Of a DNA stretch of 64,000 nt, positions 20,111 to 31,239 are shown piece after piece (position 1 is the first letter of the stretch; each line of letters opens with the position of its first letter). Made by a program: the position numbers and the translations under genes. Source of the stretch: Alphaproteobacteria bacterium (GTDB taxonomy: Bacteria; Pseudomonadota; Alphaproteobacteria; MPNO01; UBA830); NCBI GenBank assembly GCA_965243135.1, contig OZ251539.1:768001-832000 (forward strand). Reading direction: 5' to 3'. The notes beneath the pieces were generated by a model. The model ran no database searches, was not told the origin of the DNA, and worked only from the letters and a program-made list of their open reading frames with translations.

Positions 20111-21381
20111 TCCGGTTCCCCTGCGGCGCCTTCGGTAAACGCGAGCGCGTCCTCCATCCAGCCGCTAGCAAGAAGTCGGCCCAGCCCTTGGGACTTTCGC
20201 AGCTTCTCCGCTCGAGGCAGCTCCGATACCGGCCGGATGATCGCCTCGGCGTCATCGGGGAGGCGGCAGACAACGGACGCGTCGTTGAAGGTATTGTCGC
20301 TCATCATGGTGAGCAGCTCGGACGAATGGGTCGTGGTGACCACTTGAATCCCGGACTTCGCAGTCTGCGTTTCGATCAGGTCGATTAGAAGATGAAGCCG
20401 CGATGGGTGGATGCCGTTTTCGATCTCTTCGATGAAATACAGCCGCGCCGGGTTCGGGCCGAGCAACGCGGCCATCATGGCGAGAAAGCGCAGCGTGCCG
20501 TCGGACGCACTGTAGGCTGAGACCGCGCGGTTGTTCGTTTCCCGGATCGCCAGTCCAATCCGGCCCGTGGTCGGATCGACGGGGAACTCGAAATCCTTCA
20601 CGTCCATTGGCGTCAATTCGCGCAACCATTCGGCAAGGGTTTCTCTACGGCCATCGTCGGCGCAGATGCCTTGCAGCACCGTCGGCAGATTTTCCCCGCT
20701 GTCGCCCAGGACGGTCTGGCCCGGGAAAGAAGGCTGCCGCATGCGATCCGGTGCCAAATCGAGAAAGCGCATGCTGGCGAACGAGTCGATGATCGCCTGC
20801 GCGCCGTCCTTGTACGCCCGTATGACGCGCTTGGCGCTCTGGATCTGGGTGAGGGCGGGCTGGTCGGACCTTACCGCGAGGCGATCCCCATACTTTCTTT
20901 GTTCGTTTTTCTTTGCCATGCGGAGAAGAAGATGGCCATCGTCACCCTGCTCGCGAACAGGGTCGCTACCTGGTGGATGACTGGTATAGGTCGCTTCGTA
21001 TCCGTTCTCGACAAGCTCTTCCATTGTCACTCGGAATTCGGTGCCGTTGCCAATGCCGACCTCAATCCTGTGCAGGGTGGGTGCCTCGACCCCTGTTGGT
21101 TTTGACTTGGTGGTGATCGAGAAGGATGTATGGCCGACGCGCGCCATCTCGTTGGCCGCGCCGCGTATCGGCCCCCATTCGACCTGTCCGCCCGGCCCGT
21201 ACTTTCCGCCGAAGATCTCCGCCAGCGTGTATCCGCGGCCGATGCCGTGGAGAAATCGGAAGGCGGCGCGGATGTTGCTCTTGCCGCTGGCATTGGCGCC
21301 GACGATCACGGTGAACGGCCCGAGGTTCAGCGTTTCTTTGGCGAAGTTCGTGAAGTTTTCGAGGCGAATCGAGGCAATCAC
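20107..21381 (-). CDS. AAA_21-family (ABC-type) ATPase
   Basis: GANASGKS Walker A, SDGTLR signature, IEEIENGIHP Walker B, TTHS H-loop. Confidence 0.88.
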   Translation of the reverse strand: MIASIRLENFTNFAKETLNLGPFTVIVGANASGKSNIRAAFRFLHGIGRGYTLAEIFGGKYGPGGQVEWGPIRGAANEMARVGHTSFSITTKSKPTGVEAPTLHRIEVGIGNGTEFRVTMEELVENGYEATYTSHPPGSDPVREQGDDGHLLLRMAKKNEQRKYGDRLAVRSDQPALTQIQSAKRVIRAYKDGAQAIIDSFASMRFLDLAPDRMRQPSFPGQTVLGDSGENLPTVLQGICADDGRRETLAEWLRELTPMDVKDFEFPVDPTTGRIGLAIRETNNRAVSAYSASDGTLRFLAMMAALLGPNPARLYFIEEIENGIHPSRLHLLIDLIETQTAKSGIQVVTTTHSSELLTMMSDNTFNDASVVCRLPDDAEAIIRPVSELPRAEKLRKSQGLGRLLASGWMEDALAFTEGAAGEPE

Positions 21382-21538
21382 GGCCTCTTCTCCGACTGCC
21401 GGGCCCGCGACGCGACGCACGCCACATGCAGGACCGGCAGGTAAGGGTGAGCAGGCACCTTATCATGGAACCGCACGTCGGCCACCAACGCAGGATATTC
21501 CGTCTGAATCCCCAAATCGAGGCGGAGGGGTTTATTAT

Positions 21539-21553
21539 GTTCTATTTTTGTTT
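21539..21553. promoter_or_regulatory. Possible alphaproteobacterial LexA box (GTTC-N7-GTTT, 1 mismatch)
   Basis: gttctatttttgttt in an AT-rich patch upstream of the ATPase operon. Confidence 0.3.
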
Positions 21554-21992
21554 CAGACCGTCCGCGGTGAGATCCGCAAAGCGCACGCGTGATGCCTCTG
21601 TCTTCACGCCTCGCCCTCGGCCGACGGGTTCCCGACCGCAACCCGGAAGGCCGTGCGACCCGCGCGATCCTCCGGAGGGCTATGTGGACAGCCGCTTCGT
21701 GCCTGGCCCCTTCCCCTCAACCACCACAACGGAAGCGGTCTTTGGTGCATAATGATGTTCTCGACAGGAGAAATTTCCAGGAGGCGCTTGCGCTGTGTCA
21801 TTTTCCCGGCGGGTCGTCTGGCCGACACTCCGCGGTTGGCTCTGCCCGCCCATCGGCAGTTCTGCAAGCGTCGCGCAGGAGTGCGGAGCGAAAACGGATA
21901 TTCGGTCGTCCGCCTCGATAATGTCCTCGCGACACGGATCGCCGACGGCCTGTGTTGCGCTTCGCAATTGATGGGGGCGCGTCGAACGGCCA

Positions 21993-23150
21993 ATGAAGAT
22001 CGTCAGCATTCGTGAAAAGCGGGTCTCGCTCGCGGACCCGCTTTCGAACGCCGCCATCGACTTTCGCGAAATGACGGCATCGGCGGTCGCCGTCGAGGTC
22101 GATACGGGCGGAAGAGGGACGGTGACCGGTTACGGGTTCTCGTCGATTGGACGCTACGCGCAGGGCGGTCCGATCGCGGAACGCTTCGCGCCGCGGTTGC
22201 TAGCCTCCCCCGACATGACGGGAGAAGACGGAAAACTCGATCCGGTGCGCGGGCGGGCGGCCATGATGGCGAACGAGAAACAGGGCGGCGACGGCGACCG
22301 GGCGGGAGCGGTCGGCGTTCTGGACATGGCTCTCTGGGATGCGGCCGCCAAGGCGGAAGGCGTTCCGTTATGGCGGCTTCTTTCCCGGAACTTCAACGAC
22401 GGGAATGCGCACGGCCGGGTTCCCGTATACGCCACGGGCGGCCATTACCACGCGGAAGGCGATCATGCAGCCCTTCGCGACGAGATAAAGGGCTATCTCG
22501 ACCACGGCTACGAACGCGTCAAGATCAAATGCGGATTGCGGAGCCTTGACGACGACCGGGCGCGTATCGAGGCGGTTTTGCCGCTGCTGAACGGCGATGG
22601 CGCGCGTCTCGCGGTCGACGTCAATTGTCGCTGCGACGCTTTTGCGGAGGCGGCGGCCATGGCGGACGGATATGCGCCGTATCGGCTCGCCTGGATCGAG
22701 GAGCCCGGCCACCCGCACGATTTCGAGCTTCTGGCGGCGTTGGCTGAGAATTCGGAAACGCCGATCGGTACTGGCGAGAACCTGTTCTCGGTGTGGGAAG
22801 CGCGCAACCTGATGCGCTACGCGGGCCTTCGGCCCGACCGCGATCTGATCCAGATCGATCCGGCGCTCGCCTACGGAGCGGTCGAATACGCCGCGATTCT
22901 GGAACTTGCCGCGGACTGCGGCTGGCGGCGGTCGCAAATCGTGCCGCACGCCGGGCATCTGTTCGCATTCCATGCGGTAGCCGGGCTGGAACTGGGCGCG
23001 CACGAAGTTTCGCCACGATCCGATTCCGTCATTGGCGGGCTGCCGACAGGCGTTTCCGTAGAGAACGGGCATGCGACGCTGCCGGATGCGCCCGGCCTCG
23101 GTTTCGAGGCGCATGAGCGGTTGTGGGCCGTGCTGCGCACCTTCGGTTGA
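21993..23150 (+). CDS. Mandelate racemase/enolase-superfamily enzyme, D-tartrate dehydratase-like
   Basis: SNAAIDFREMT, GRYAQGG, DMALWD, KIK, WIEEP, TGENLFS and PHAGH motifs. Confidence 0.8.
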   Translation: MKIVSIREKRVSLADPLSNAAIDFREMTASAVAVEVDTGGRGTVTGYGFSSIGRYAQGGPIAERFAPRLLASPDMTGEDGKLDPVRGRAAMMANEKQGGDGDRAGAVGVLDMALWDAAAKAEGVPLWRLLSRNFNDGNAHGRVPVYATGGHYHAEGDHAALRDEIKGYLDHGYERVKIKCGLRSLDDDRARIEAVLPLLNGDGARLAVDVNCRCDAFAEAAAMADGYAPYRLAWIEEPGHPHDFELLAALAENSETPIGTGENLFSVWEARNLMRYAGLRPDRDLIQIDPALAYGAVEYAAILELAADCGWRRSQIVPHAGHLFAFHAVAGLELGAHEVSPRSDSVIGGLPTGVSVENGHATLPDAPGLGFEAHERLWAVLRTFG

Positions 23151-23554
23151 GGTTGGCCGTTTTACGGTTTGGAGCGTGCGGGTCGAACTGTTCCATGTCC
23201 CGTGGGTTGCCGTTCGCACGGGAACGTCCGCGCCGCGCGCGCATTCTCCCGCTCCCAACGCGGACGAACCCGCGGTTCGTGGCGCTTCGCGTCCGAATCG
23301 GTGAGCGCAAGCATGGTTGCGTCGGCGGTCGCTGCACGGTCCCGTCATTGCTCGGAAACGCCGAACGCTTTCCGGCGTTCGTAAATCGGCCTCGACGGTT
23401 CGCTGGCGATTACCGGTGACGTATCCCGCTTCGACCGACAGGGCACGCGTCGCGGCTGTGCATGAATTTGCCTGGCTCGGTATTTTGTTGTTCTGTCAGG
23501 GGCGTCGCGGGCGGCGGAACGCCGGACGCTTCCTCGCAAGAACGGGCGGCAGCA

Positions 23555-26500
23555 ATGAAGGAAAACCAGGAAATGGATGGTTTCGCAGACAGTTTGGGAG
23601 ATCGTTGCAAGGCATTGTCGGAAAAGAAGGGAACGGAAAAGGGACGAGAGTTTGAAGTCCTGCTTGCCCAATGGTTGCCCCGGATTCCGGAAACCGAACT
23701 GGAAGAAGTTTGGCGCTGGTCCGACACTCCGTCTGCGTTGAGGGAACGAATTGCCCCAAGGACGAAACGGGCCGATACCGGAATAGATCTCGTTGCGAAA
23801 CGCCGGGATGGCGGTCTCGTTGCAATCCAGGCCAAGTGCTACGCGCCGGACCAAAAGGTGGAGGCCTCGGAGCTGGGAACCTCGGCGCTGACGACGGGAA
23901 ACGCGGATCTGGCCGGGAAATGGCTTGTGACCACCGGGGGGTGGACGCGCAATCTGGAACGCAGCGCATCGGATTGGACGTTGATTCACGCTCCCACCCA
24001 CTGGTCGCATGTGGTCCTGCAGGACAAGCGGCCCAGGAAGAGCCTGGATGCGCAGCAGCGCGAGGCCTTCGACGCGGCGGTAGATGGACTGAGGAAACAC
24101 GACCGGGGAACGCTGGTCATGGCCTGCGGAACCGGGAAGACCCTGACCTCGCTGCGGGTAGCCGAGAAGCTCGCGCCGAACGGCGGTCTGGTCCTGTACG
24201 CGACGCCGAGCATCGGCCTTACCGCGCAATCGCGGCGGGAATGGCTTCGGGAGGCCGGGCGTCCTTTGCACACGGTTGTTGTGTGTTCGGACATTGGAGC
24301 GGGAACGGGCTGGAGCAATGAAGTCGAGGCGCCGGTAACGACGGATCCGGAAACCATCGCGAGAGCGGTGAAGAAAGCGGGTCAAGCAGCCGGAAGCGAG
24401 GGGTTGGTTGCGGTTTTCAGCACCTATCAGTCAATGGAAAAGCTTTGCCTTGCCCAAGAAGAACACGGCCTTCCCGATATCGACCTGATGATCGCGGACG
24501 AGGCTCATCGAACGACGGGCGTCGTGAAGGACGACGATCCGAAGGCGTTCCAGATGGCCCACCATCGGCTTCGGGCGCGCAAGCGGCTGTACCAGACGGC
24601 GACGCCGCGCATCTTCTCGCGGCGCAGCCAAAAGAAGATCATCGACGGGATCGCAACGCAAACCGAAAGCAGGGTGGACATCCACGATATGGACGACGTT
24701 TCCACCTACGGCCCGGAGTTGCACAGGTTGACCTTCAGCGAAGCATTGCAGGCACCGGAAGAAGAGCGAAGGCTGTCGGATTACAGAGTGGTCGTGTTTT
24801 TCGTAAGCGACATGGCTGGCGGAGCGGAAGCCGCCGGACGCCAAGCGGTCGAAAAGCTGAAGGATACATCGTTGGCCGAGCGGATCGCCGGTCTCGGCCG
24901 TCTGATGCTGACCGGGGAGGGCGGGAATGAGCCGAACGAGCTTTCGAACGTTCGCAGTTGCATCGCTTATTGCAACAAGCTCGTCAATGCGAAGGAAGCG
25001 AAAAACATTTTGCAGGACAAGGAAGGCGGCATCCGCAGGTGGGCGGCCAGGATGGCCGAGCAGGACGGAAAGCGCCTCGGTCCGGAGGTGCGGCTGGCCG
25101 CCGGGTATCTGGACGGAAATTCGGACACTGCGGAGCGGATAAGGGAACTGGACAAGCTGGCCAAAGCCTCGGACGCGCAGCGCCGGGTGACCACGAACGT
25201 CAAGGTCCTGTCCGAAGGGATAGACGTTCCGGCGCTGGATGCCATCTGTTTTCTGGAGGAACGCAAGGGCGAGATCGACATCGTTCAGGCGGTCGGCAGG
25301 GTGATGCGCAAGCCGCCGGGGGGAGGCAAGGAATGCGGATACGTGGTCGTCCCGGTCGTCGCGAGCGCTCAACTGGATCTGGAACTGAACCTGAGCGAAT
25401 GGTGGAACAAGGACTGGCGCGTGCTCGGGCAGGTGTTGCGGGCGCTGCGCGCGCACGACGCGCGGATCGAGACGGACCTGGAAAAGCTGCTGATCGTTAC
25501 GTCCGACCACGGCGGCAAGGACGGAAGAGACGGGGACGACCAGGACGACGACCGGGGCGATTTCTGGAGCAAATTGAAAGAAGGGATTTTCGACGCCTTG
25601 GTGCCCGTGATTATGGAGAAATCGGGCATCAATCCGGACGGTGCCGAAAGGGTCAACCTGATCAAGCAGGCCGTGACGAGCGCAGCGACCCAAATCCGCA
25701 GGGAAAGCGGTCTGGGAGCCAGACTGGCCTCCGCCGTGGGCGTGGAGGAAGAAACCGGCGACCCCGAAAAGCGGGCTTGCGGGGCCGCGGCGCTGATAAT
25801 CGCGAACGCGCTGCTGATGCACCAAAGAATCGACGAGACCCGGAAGGACGAGCGCCGTCTACGCGTGACGCCGCTGCGGGAAGTGAAAAGCCTGCGAGAT
25901 CCGGAAAAGGTCTTGCTGTCCGACTGGAACCGGATATTGGAACTGGATTACCGGGTGATTTTCGAGCCGGCGATAAGGGTGATTAGAAATTCCGGGGGGG
26001 GGGGGGGGCGAAAACGGAATTCCCGAAGGAATGCGGTATGCGCTGCAGACGTTGGCAAAGCACTGCGGCGAGATCGCTTCGCAGTACGCCGAAATGGGAA
26101 TGGACCACGCCGGCGAACTGTTCCAGGCCGCGATCGACAATGCAGCGGCGGACGGAGCTTATTACACGCTGTCGCCCGGAGCGATGCTGCTGGCCGAGTT
26201 GGCCTGCGACGCCAAGGCGGATGAGGGGGATGGCGTGTGGGCCGATCCCGATACGTGGGTCAGAGAGTGCGTTCTCGATCCGGCCTGCGGCTCAGGAACC
26301 TTGTTGACGGCATTCGCTTCGGCCGTTCGGCGAAGAGCCGCTGCACTCTTAACCGACGACGGACGCTTGGCGAAAATAGGCAAGGCGCTTGTCGAGGACG
26401 GCCTCGCCGGCTTGGATATCAATGAAAGGGCGCTGCAAATTGCCGGAACGCAACTGGCGATAGGCGCTTCCGATACCGGACTCTCGCGCATGGGGCTCTG

Positions 26501-28034
26501 GTCAATGCCAAGAAAAGTCTCCGGTGCGGAGAAAATAACGGCCGCAACCGTACGCTTGGGTGCACTGGAACTGTTGTCCACATTGAGGGACGGCGCGATT
26601 AGGACGGACGACCTGTTCAAGGGCACGAAGGACGCTAACGAAACCGAAGGAATCCGCATCGACATTGCGGAGGACGCGGAGCACGGCAGCATGAGGAAAC
26701 ACCTCAGCCGGACGACGGTCTGCATCAGCAATCCGCCATACTCGAATTCGGCAAAGGAAGGCGAGAATCAGAATGCCGCCGTCCGCAAAGCCATGCAGGC
26801 GAGGAAGAAACGCATGAGGGCCTTCGTGGCCCGTCACAGGCCGGAACTCGCGCCGATACTCAATCCGAACAGCGTTAGACCGTGGTTTTCCGTCCTCATG
26901 GAGGAGCTGGTCGATCCCGATCGCGGCGTTGTGGCAAAGGTAATGCCGACGACGGCCTGCACGGCCGCGGACCCCTCCGAACGCAAGTTCTGGTCCCGGA
27001 ATTTCGACGTTCTGTATATCGTGACCTTGCACAATCCGAAAACGCTGAACTGGAGCGTCAGCACGGGAATCACGGAAAGCATGATGATCGCAAGGCGCCG
27101 AAACGGCGGCGATCGGCCGAAAACCCGTTTCGTGTCCTTGGCGCGGCGCCCCGAAACGGTCGACGACGTCCTGGAACTGAGGGACGGGATTCGTTCGGAA
27201 GACTTGGGCGACTGGGGACGGATCTGCTTATGGCCGTCGAAGCGCATGGAGATCGGGGATTGGTCTCCAGCCGTCTGGTATCATCCTGCCCTTGCCGAAG
27301 CCGGATACCTGCTCGACAGCCTTGCGGAAAAGGACGGATGGACGAGGCTCGGGGAATTGGGAGCCATCCGGACGACGAAGGAAATCGTGGGAAAGGAAAA
27401 GTGGGAGTGGTGCGGCCCAGATTTCGCTGAAGTTCCGGTTACGAGGGGAGCCGGCTCGGATGCGCAGACCTGTCTTTCAGGAAGAATCGACGATCACGCC
27501 CGCCGCGCGATCGACTTCAGGGATGATCCGAATACCTGGAAAAGGCTGACGGAGAAGGTCGGTTATCTTCACATCGCGAATACCCAGTGCTCCGTCAGCG
27601 CGCGAGTGAATTCCATAGCGCTGGATCAACCTGCCGTAGGCTATACATGGACTCCCGTACAGGAAACAGGCAAAGACGAGTCTCAGGCGCTGTCCGTTTG
27701 GCTGAATTCTTCGCTTGGAAGAATTTTAATGCGCAGGATTTGGACCAGAAAGCTCAATTGGCCGATGTACCAGCCCGACGCTCTCGAAAAACTGGTGATA
27801 CCGGACAATAGAACGAAATTTGGGCGCGATGCCTTGGAAGTCCTGCGGGAGTGTTACCGAGAAACGCGGAATATCGAGGTCGGCCCGTACAGGGATGGAT
27901 ATTCCGATGTCCGGCGCAAATGGGACGTCGCCGTTGCCGAGGCCGTCGGCATCGATGTCGCCCAACTCCGGGAATACGGAGAGCGATTAGCGCAGGAACC
28001 AACCATACGAGGGAAGGTCGATCAGGAATCGTAA
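23555..28034 (+). CDS. Type ISP-like restriction-modification enzyme (nuclease-helicase-MTase), frameshifted at G15 tract
   Basis: GIDL..QAK nuclease, MACGTGKT, DEAH, TATP and QAVGRVMR in ORF 23555-26224; DPACGSG and NPPY in ORF 26031-28034; the frames join if one G is removed. Confidence 0.85.
25994..26008 (+). repeat. G15 homopolymer at the frameshift
   Basis: aattcc(g)15cgaaaac. Confidence 0.95.
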
Positions 28035-28147
28035 CGACGACCATCCCGTGCGTCGAAGGCGTTTCGGAGGGCTCAACTTGATCATTTGAGCGCGCGCCGA
28101 TCATTCCTTCGTCTTCGATTCCGGCAAGCGTTCTCGACCTGCCGCCG

Positions 28148-29443
28148 CTAACCGCGCATCAATTCCCGCCACGCGCCGTACTGCGCCCGCAACGGCAATT
28201 CGCTGGTTCCGACCGCGCCGGTCATTTCTCCGTTCGCGCTTCGAATGTCGGTGACGCGCCCCCGGGAAAGATCGATCCATTCCGTTTCGGATTCGCCCAG
28301 CGCCCGCTGGATCGCGTTGAAGACCGCGATGTCGTCGGACGTGATCTGCGACGCCGGCGAGTTGAGCGCGTTCAGGAACATGACGGCGCGGGCATGCATT
28401 CCCTCCGGGGCGCCGTCGAGACGGAAACACGCCGAGTGGACGATGGTCCGGTCGGCCGCCAGCGGCTCGAGAAGCCGCAGCTGCTGGTGCTTGGGATTGA
28501 GGATCAGGTTGGGGTAGATCAGGTGATTGAACGTGTCCCAACCCATTATTTCCTCGGCGCGGTTTTCGCCGTAGGCCGCGATCATCGCCCGGCGGTATTC
28601 GGCGTTTATCGGGTCGTCGTCGGTATCCTGCTTGATCGGGCCTTCCTTGTAGAAGCCGCCCATGTACGAGTGGCCGCGCGGAAATCCGTGGATTTCCACC
28701 TTGTCCATCAGATTGAGGGGCAGGCCGTTGCCCTTGAACATCTGGAGCGCATGGTCTTCCTTTCCGGTTTCCTTCGCGACTTCCCGCGCGGTCTCGACGG
28801 ACGAAGCATGGACGATGGAAGCGTGCATCAGGTCGTTGGCGTTCTCCATATGGAGTTTCCAGTTGCCGGCATATTCCTGCCGGAAGCCGGTCGTCATCTC
28901 GGCCCCGCCGTTCGGCGCGCGGTCGGTCATGTTGTCGATCGCTTTCGCTAGGGGACCGAGATATTCGAGGAGGGAAGGCCCGTCGGCGCTTCGATTGGCG
29001 AACACGAACCCGCGATAGCTTTCCACCCGCGCCGCGCGGGACAGATCGAGGGCAGGGTCGCTCACGTCGAGCGCGCCGTCGTATCCCTTGGCGTGGGGAA
29101 CGCCGACCAGCCGGCCGTCGGTGCCGAAAGTCCAGCCGTGATAAGGGCAGACGAACCGGCGTTTCGAACCGCGCCTGGCGGTGCACAGCTTCATGCCGCG
29201 ATGAGTGCAGCGGTTGGCGAAGACGTGGATTCCGCCGTCGGCGTGGCGAGCGACGACGACCGGGCGGTCGCCCATGTGCGCGGCGACGAAGTCGCCGGGA
29301 CCGCGGATCGCGCTTTCATGCGCGACGAACAGCCAGGAGCGTCCGTAGATGCGGTCCATTTCGGCGGCGAAGACCGCCGGGTCCGTGTAGGCGCGTTTGC
29401 TGACCCGGCCTTCTGACGCGAGATCGGCGAAGCTTTGACCCAT
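28148..29443 (-). CDS. Aromatic ring-hydroxylating dioxygenase alpha subunit
   Basis: NRCTHRG..CPYHGW; NWK..ENANDLMHASIVH. Confidence 0.9.
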   Translation of the reverse strand: MGQSFADLASEGRVSKRAYTDPAVFAAEMDRIYGRSWLFVAHESAIRGPGDFVAAHMGDRPVVVARHADGGIHVFANRCTHRGMKLCTARRGSKRRFVCPYHGWTFGTDGRLVGVPHAKGYDGALDVSDPALDLSRAARVESYRGFVFANRSADGPSLLEYLGPLAKAIDNMTDRAPNGGAEMTTGFRQEYAGNWKLHMENANDLMHASIVHASSVETAREVAKETGKEDHALQMFKGNGLPLNLMDKVEIHGFPRGHSYMGGFYKEGPIKQDTDDDPINAEYRRAMIAAYGENRAEEIMGWDTFNHLIYPNLILNPKHQQLRLLEPLAADRTIVHSACFRLDGAPEGMHARAVMFLNALNSPASQITSDDIAVFNAIQRALGESETEWIDLSRGRVTDIRSANGEMTGAVGTSELPLRAQYGAWRELMRG

Positions 29444-29520
29444 GTGTCGTTGTTCCTGTCGCGGCGGGAAAGTCGGCGAAACGGCTTTCGAACGGCGGGC
29501 GATTGCGTTATCCTGACGAT

Positions 29521-29862
29521 ATGGACAATACACGAAAATTCCGGTCCTTTGCGGATTTCTGGCCCTATTACCTTTCGGAACACGCCAGGCCCGCCACCCG
29601 GGCGACGCATTTCTTCGGAACGGCGGTCGCCATCCTGATGCTGGCGTCGCTGGCGGCGACGGGAGATCTCTGGTTCTTGCTCGCTGCGGCGGTCGGCGGG
29701 TATGGCCCGGCCTGGATCTCGCATCTGTTCATCGAGCGGAACAGGCCCGCCACGTTCAGTTATCCTTTCTGGTCGCTGCTCGGCGATTTCCGAATGTTCT
29801 TCATGGCCTGCTCCGGCCGCCTCGGAGCGGAACTGCAACGCCACCAGATCGCTCCCCGTTGA
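29521..29862 (+). CDS. DUF962 (Mpo1-like) membrane protein
   Basis: FWPYYLSEH..TRATHF..WISHLFIERNRPATF motif. Confidence 0.85.
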   Translation: MDNTRKFRSFADFWPYYLSEHARPATRATHFFGTAVAILMLASLAATGDLWFLLAAAVGGYGPAWISHLFIERNRPATFSYPFWSLLGDFRMFFMACSGRLGAELQRHQIAPR

Positions 29863-30111
29863 GCGGCCCGAAGGATCCGGACGGGACGGGGAAATCCGCC
29901 GCCGGGTCCGCGCGGCCTCGCCGTGCGTGTTGTCTGCCGATTCGCACTTGAGATCCGCGCCGTTCGACCGCGTCGTCCGCTCCTTCGGCATTATTCCGTT
30001 CGCCGAAGTTTTCGGTCTATGGAGTATCGCGGACGCAGCCGTTATCGTCGCCGACAGTCTCCTGCCGGCCCGGCGGAACCGTCGGCGGCTCGATGCGGAG
30101 GTGCACGGCGA

Positions 30112-31209
30112 TTGACGGCAGTACGTAAATTCACCCGCAACAAGCTGAGCATCGGCTTGTTCGGCGCCAATTGCGACGGCGGGCTGGCGTGTTCGACCTT
30201 TCCCGAACGCTGGCGCGCCACTTGGGAGAATTGCCGCGATTTGGCGAGGATGGCGGACGACTCGGGGCTCGACTTCATGCTGCCGCTCGGCCGCTGGATC
30301 GGCTACGGCGGCGAAACGAATCACAACGGGTCGAACTTCGAGACGATCGCCTGGGCCGTCGGCGTGCTGGCGGCGACGAAGCGAATAATGGCGTTCGGCA
30401 CGGTTCACGTGACGGCGCACAGTCCCGTCGTCGCGGCCAAGCAGATCGTCACCGCCGATCACGTCGGCGGCGGGAGGTTCGGGCTGAACGTCGTGTGCGG
30501 CTGGTACCAGAAGGAATTCGACATGCTCGGCGTCGATCTGGCCGAGCACGCCCGGCGTTACGATCTCGGCCAGGAATGGATCGATCTCGTGACGCGGATA
30601 TGGAGCGAGAGCGAACCGTTCGATTTCGACGGCGAGTTCTTCCGGACGAAGGGCACGATTCTCGAGCCGAAACCCGTCGGCGGCGAGCGGCCCATGATCG
30701 TCTGCGCCGGAACCTCGGGGCGCGGGCGCGAGTTCGCGCTGCGCAACGCCGACATGCTCTTCAACGTGTTCTACGAACTGGAGGCCATGCGTTCGGACAA
30801 CGTGGCGCTCCGCGCCGAAGCCGCGAAACTCGGTCGCGAAGTCGGGCTCTTCACCAATATCGGCGTCGTATGCCGTCGCACCCGCAAGGAAGCGGAGGAG
30901 TACCACCGCTACTATGCGGTGGAGCGCGCCGATGTCGAGGCGTGCCGACTGATGATGGTGGAACGCGGCCTCGATCGTCCCGAGGTGCCGGAGGAAACGC
31001 GGCGCCTGTTTCACCTTCGGGCGGCGACCGCGAACGGCGCGACGCCGGTGGTCGGCGACCCCGACGACGTCGCGGCGACGCTTTCGGCGATGGCGGACGC
31101 CGGCTGCGATGCGCTCGCCATGGGGCTGCCGAACTATCTCGACGATCTGCCCCTGTTCGTTCAGGAGGTCCTGCCGCGCCTCGAGGCGCGAGGGCTGCGC
31201 AGGCCCTGA
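30112..31209 (+). CDS. LLM-class flavin-dependent monooxygenase (RutA/SfnG-like)
   Basis: RWIGYGG, GRFGLNVVCGW and AGTSGRG motifs; TTG start with GGAGG RBS. Confidence 0.85.
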   Translation: MTAVRKFTRNKLSIGLFGANCDGGLACSTFPERWRATWENCRDLARMADDSGLDFMLPLGRWIGYGGETNHNGSNFETIAWAVGVLAATKRIMAFGTVHVTAHSPVVAAKQIVTADHVGGGRFGLNVVCGWYQKEFDMLGVDLAEHARRYDLGQEWIDLVTRIWSESEPFDFDGEFFRTKGTILEPKPVGGERPMIVCAGTSGRGREFALRNADMLFNVFYELEAMRSDNVALRAEAAKLGREVGLFTNIGVVCRRTRKEAEEYHRYYAVERADVEACRLMMVERGLDRPEVPEETRRLFHLRAATANGATPVVGDPDDVAATLSAMADAGCDALAMGLPNYLDDLPLFVQEVLPRLEARGLRRP

Positions 31210-31239
31210 AGGCGCGAATCGCCTCCGGAGAACCGGTAT

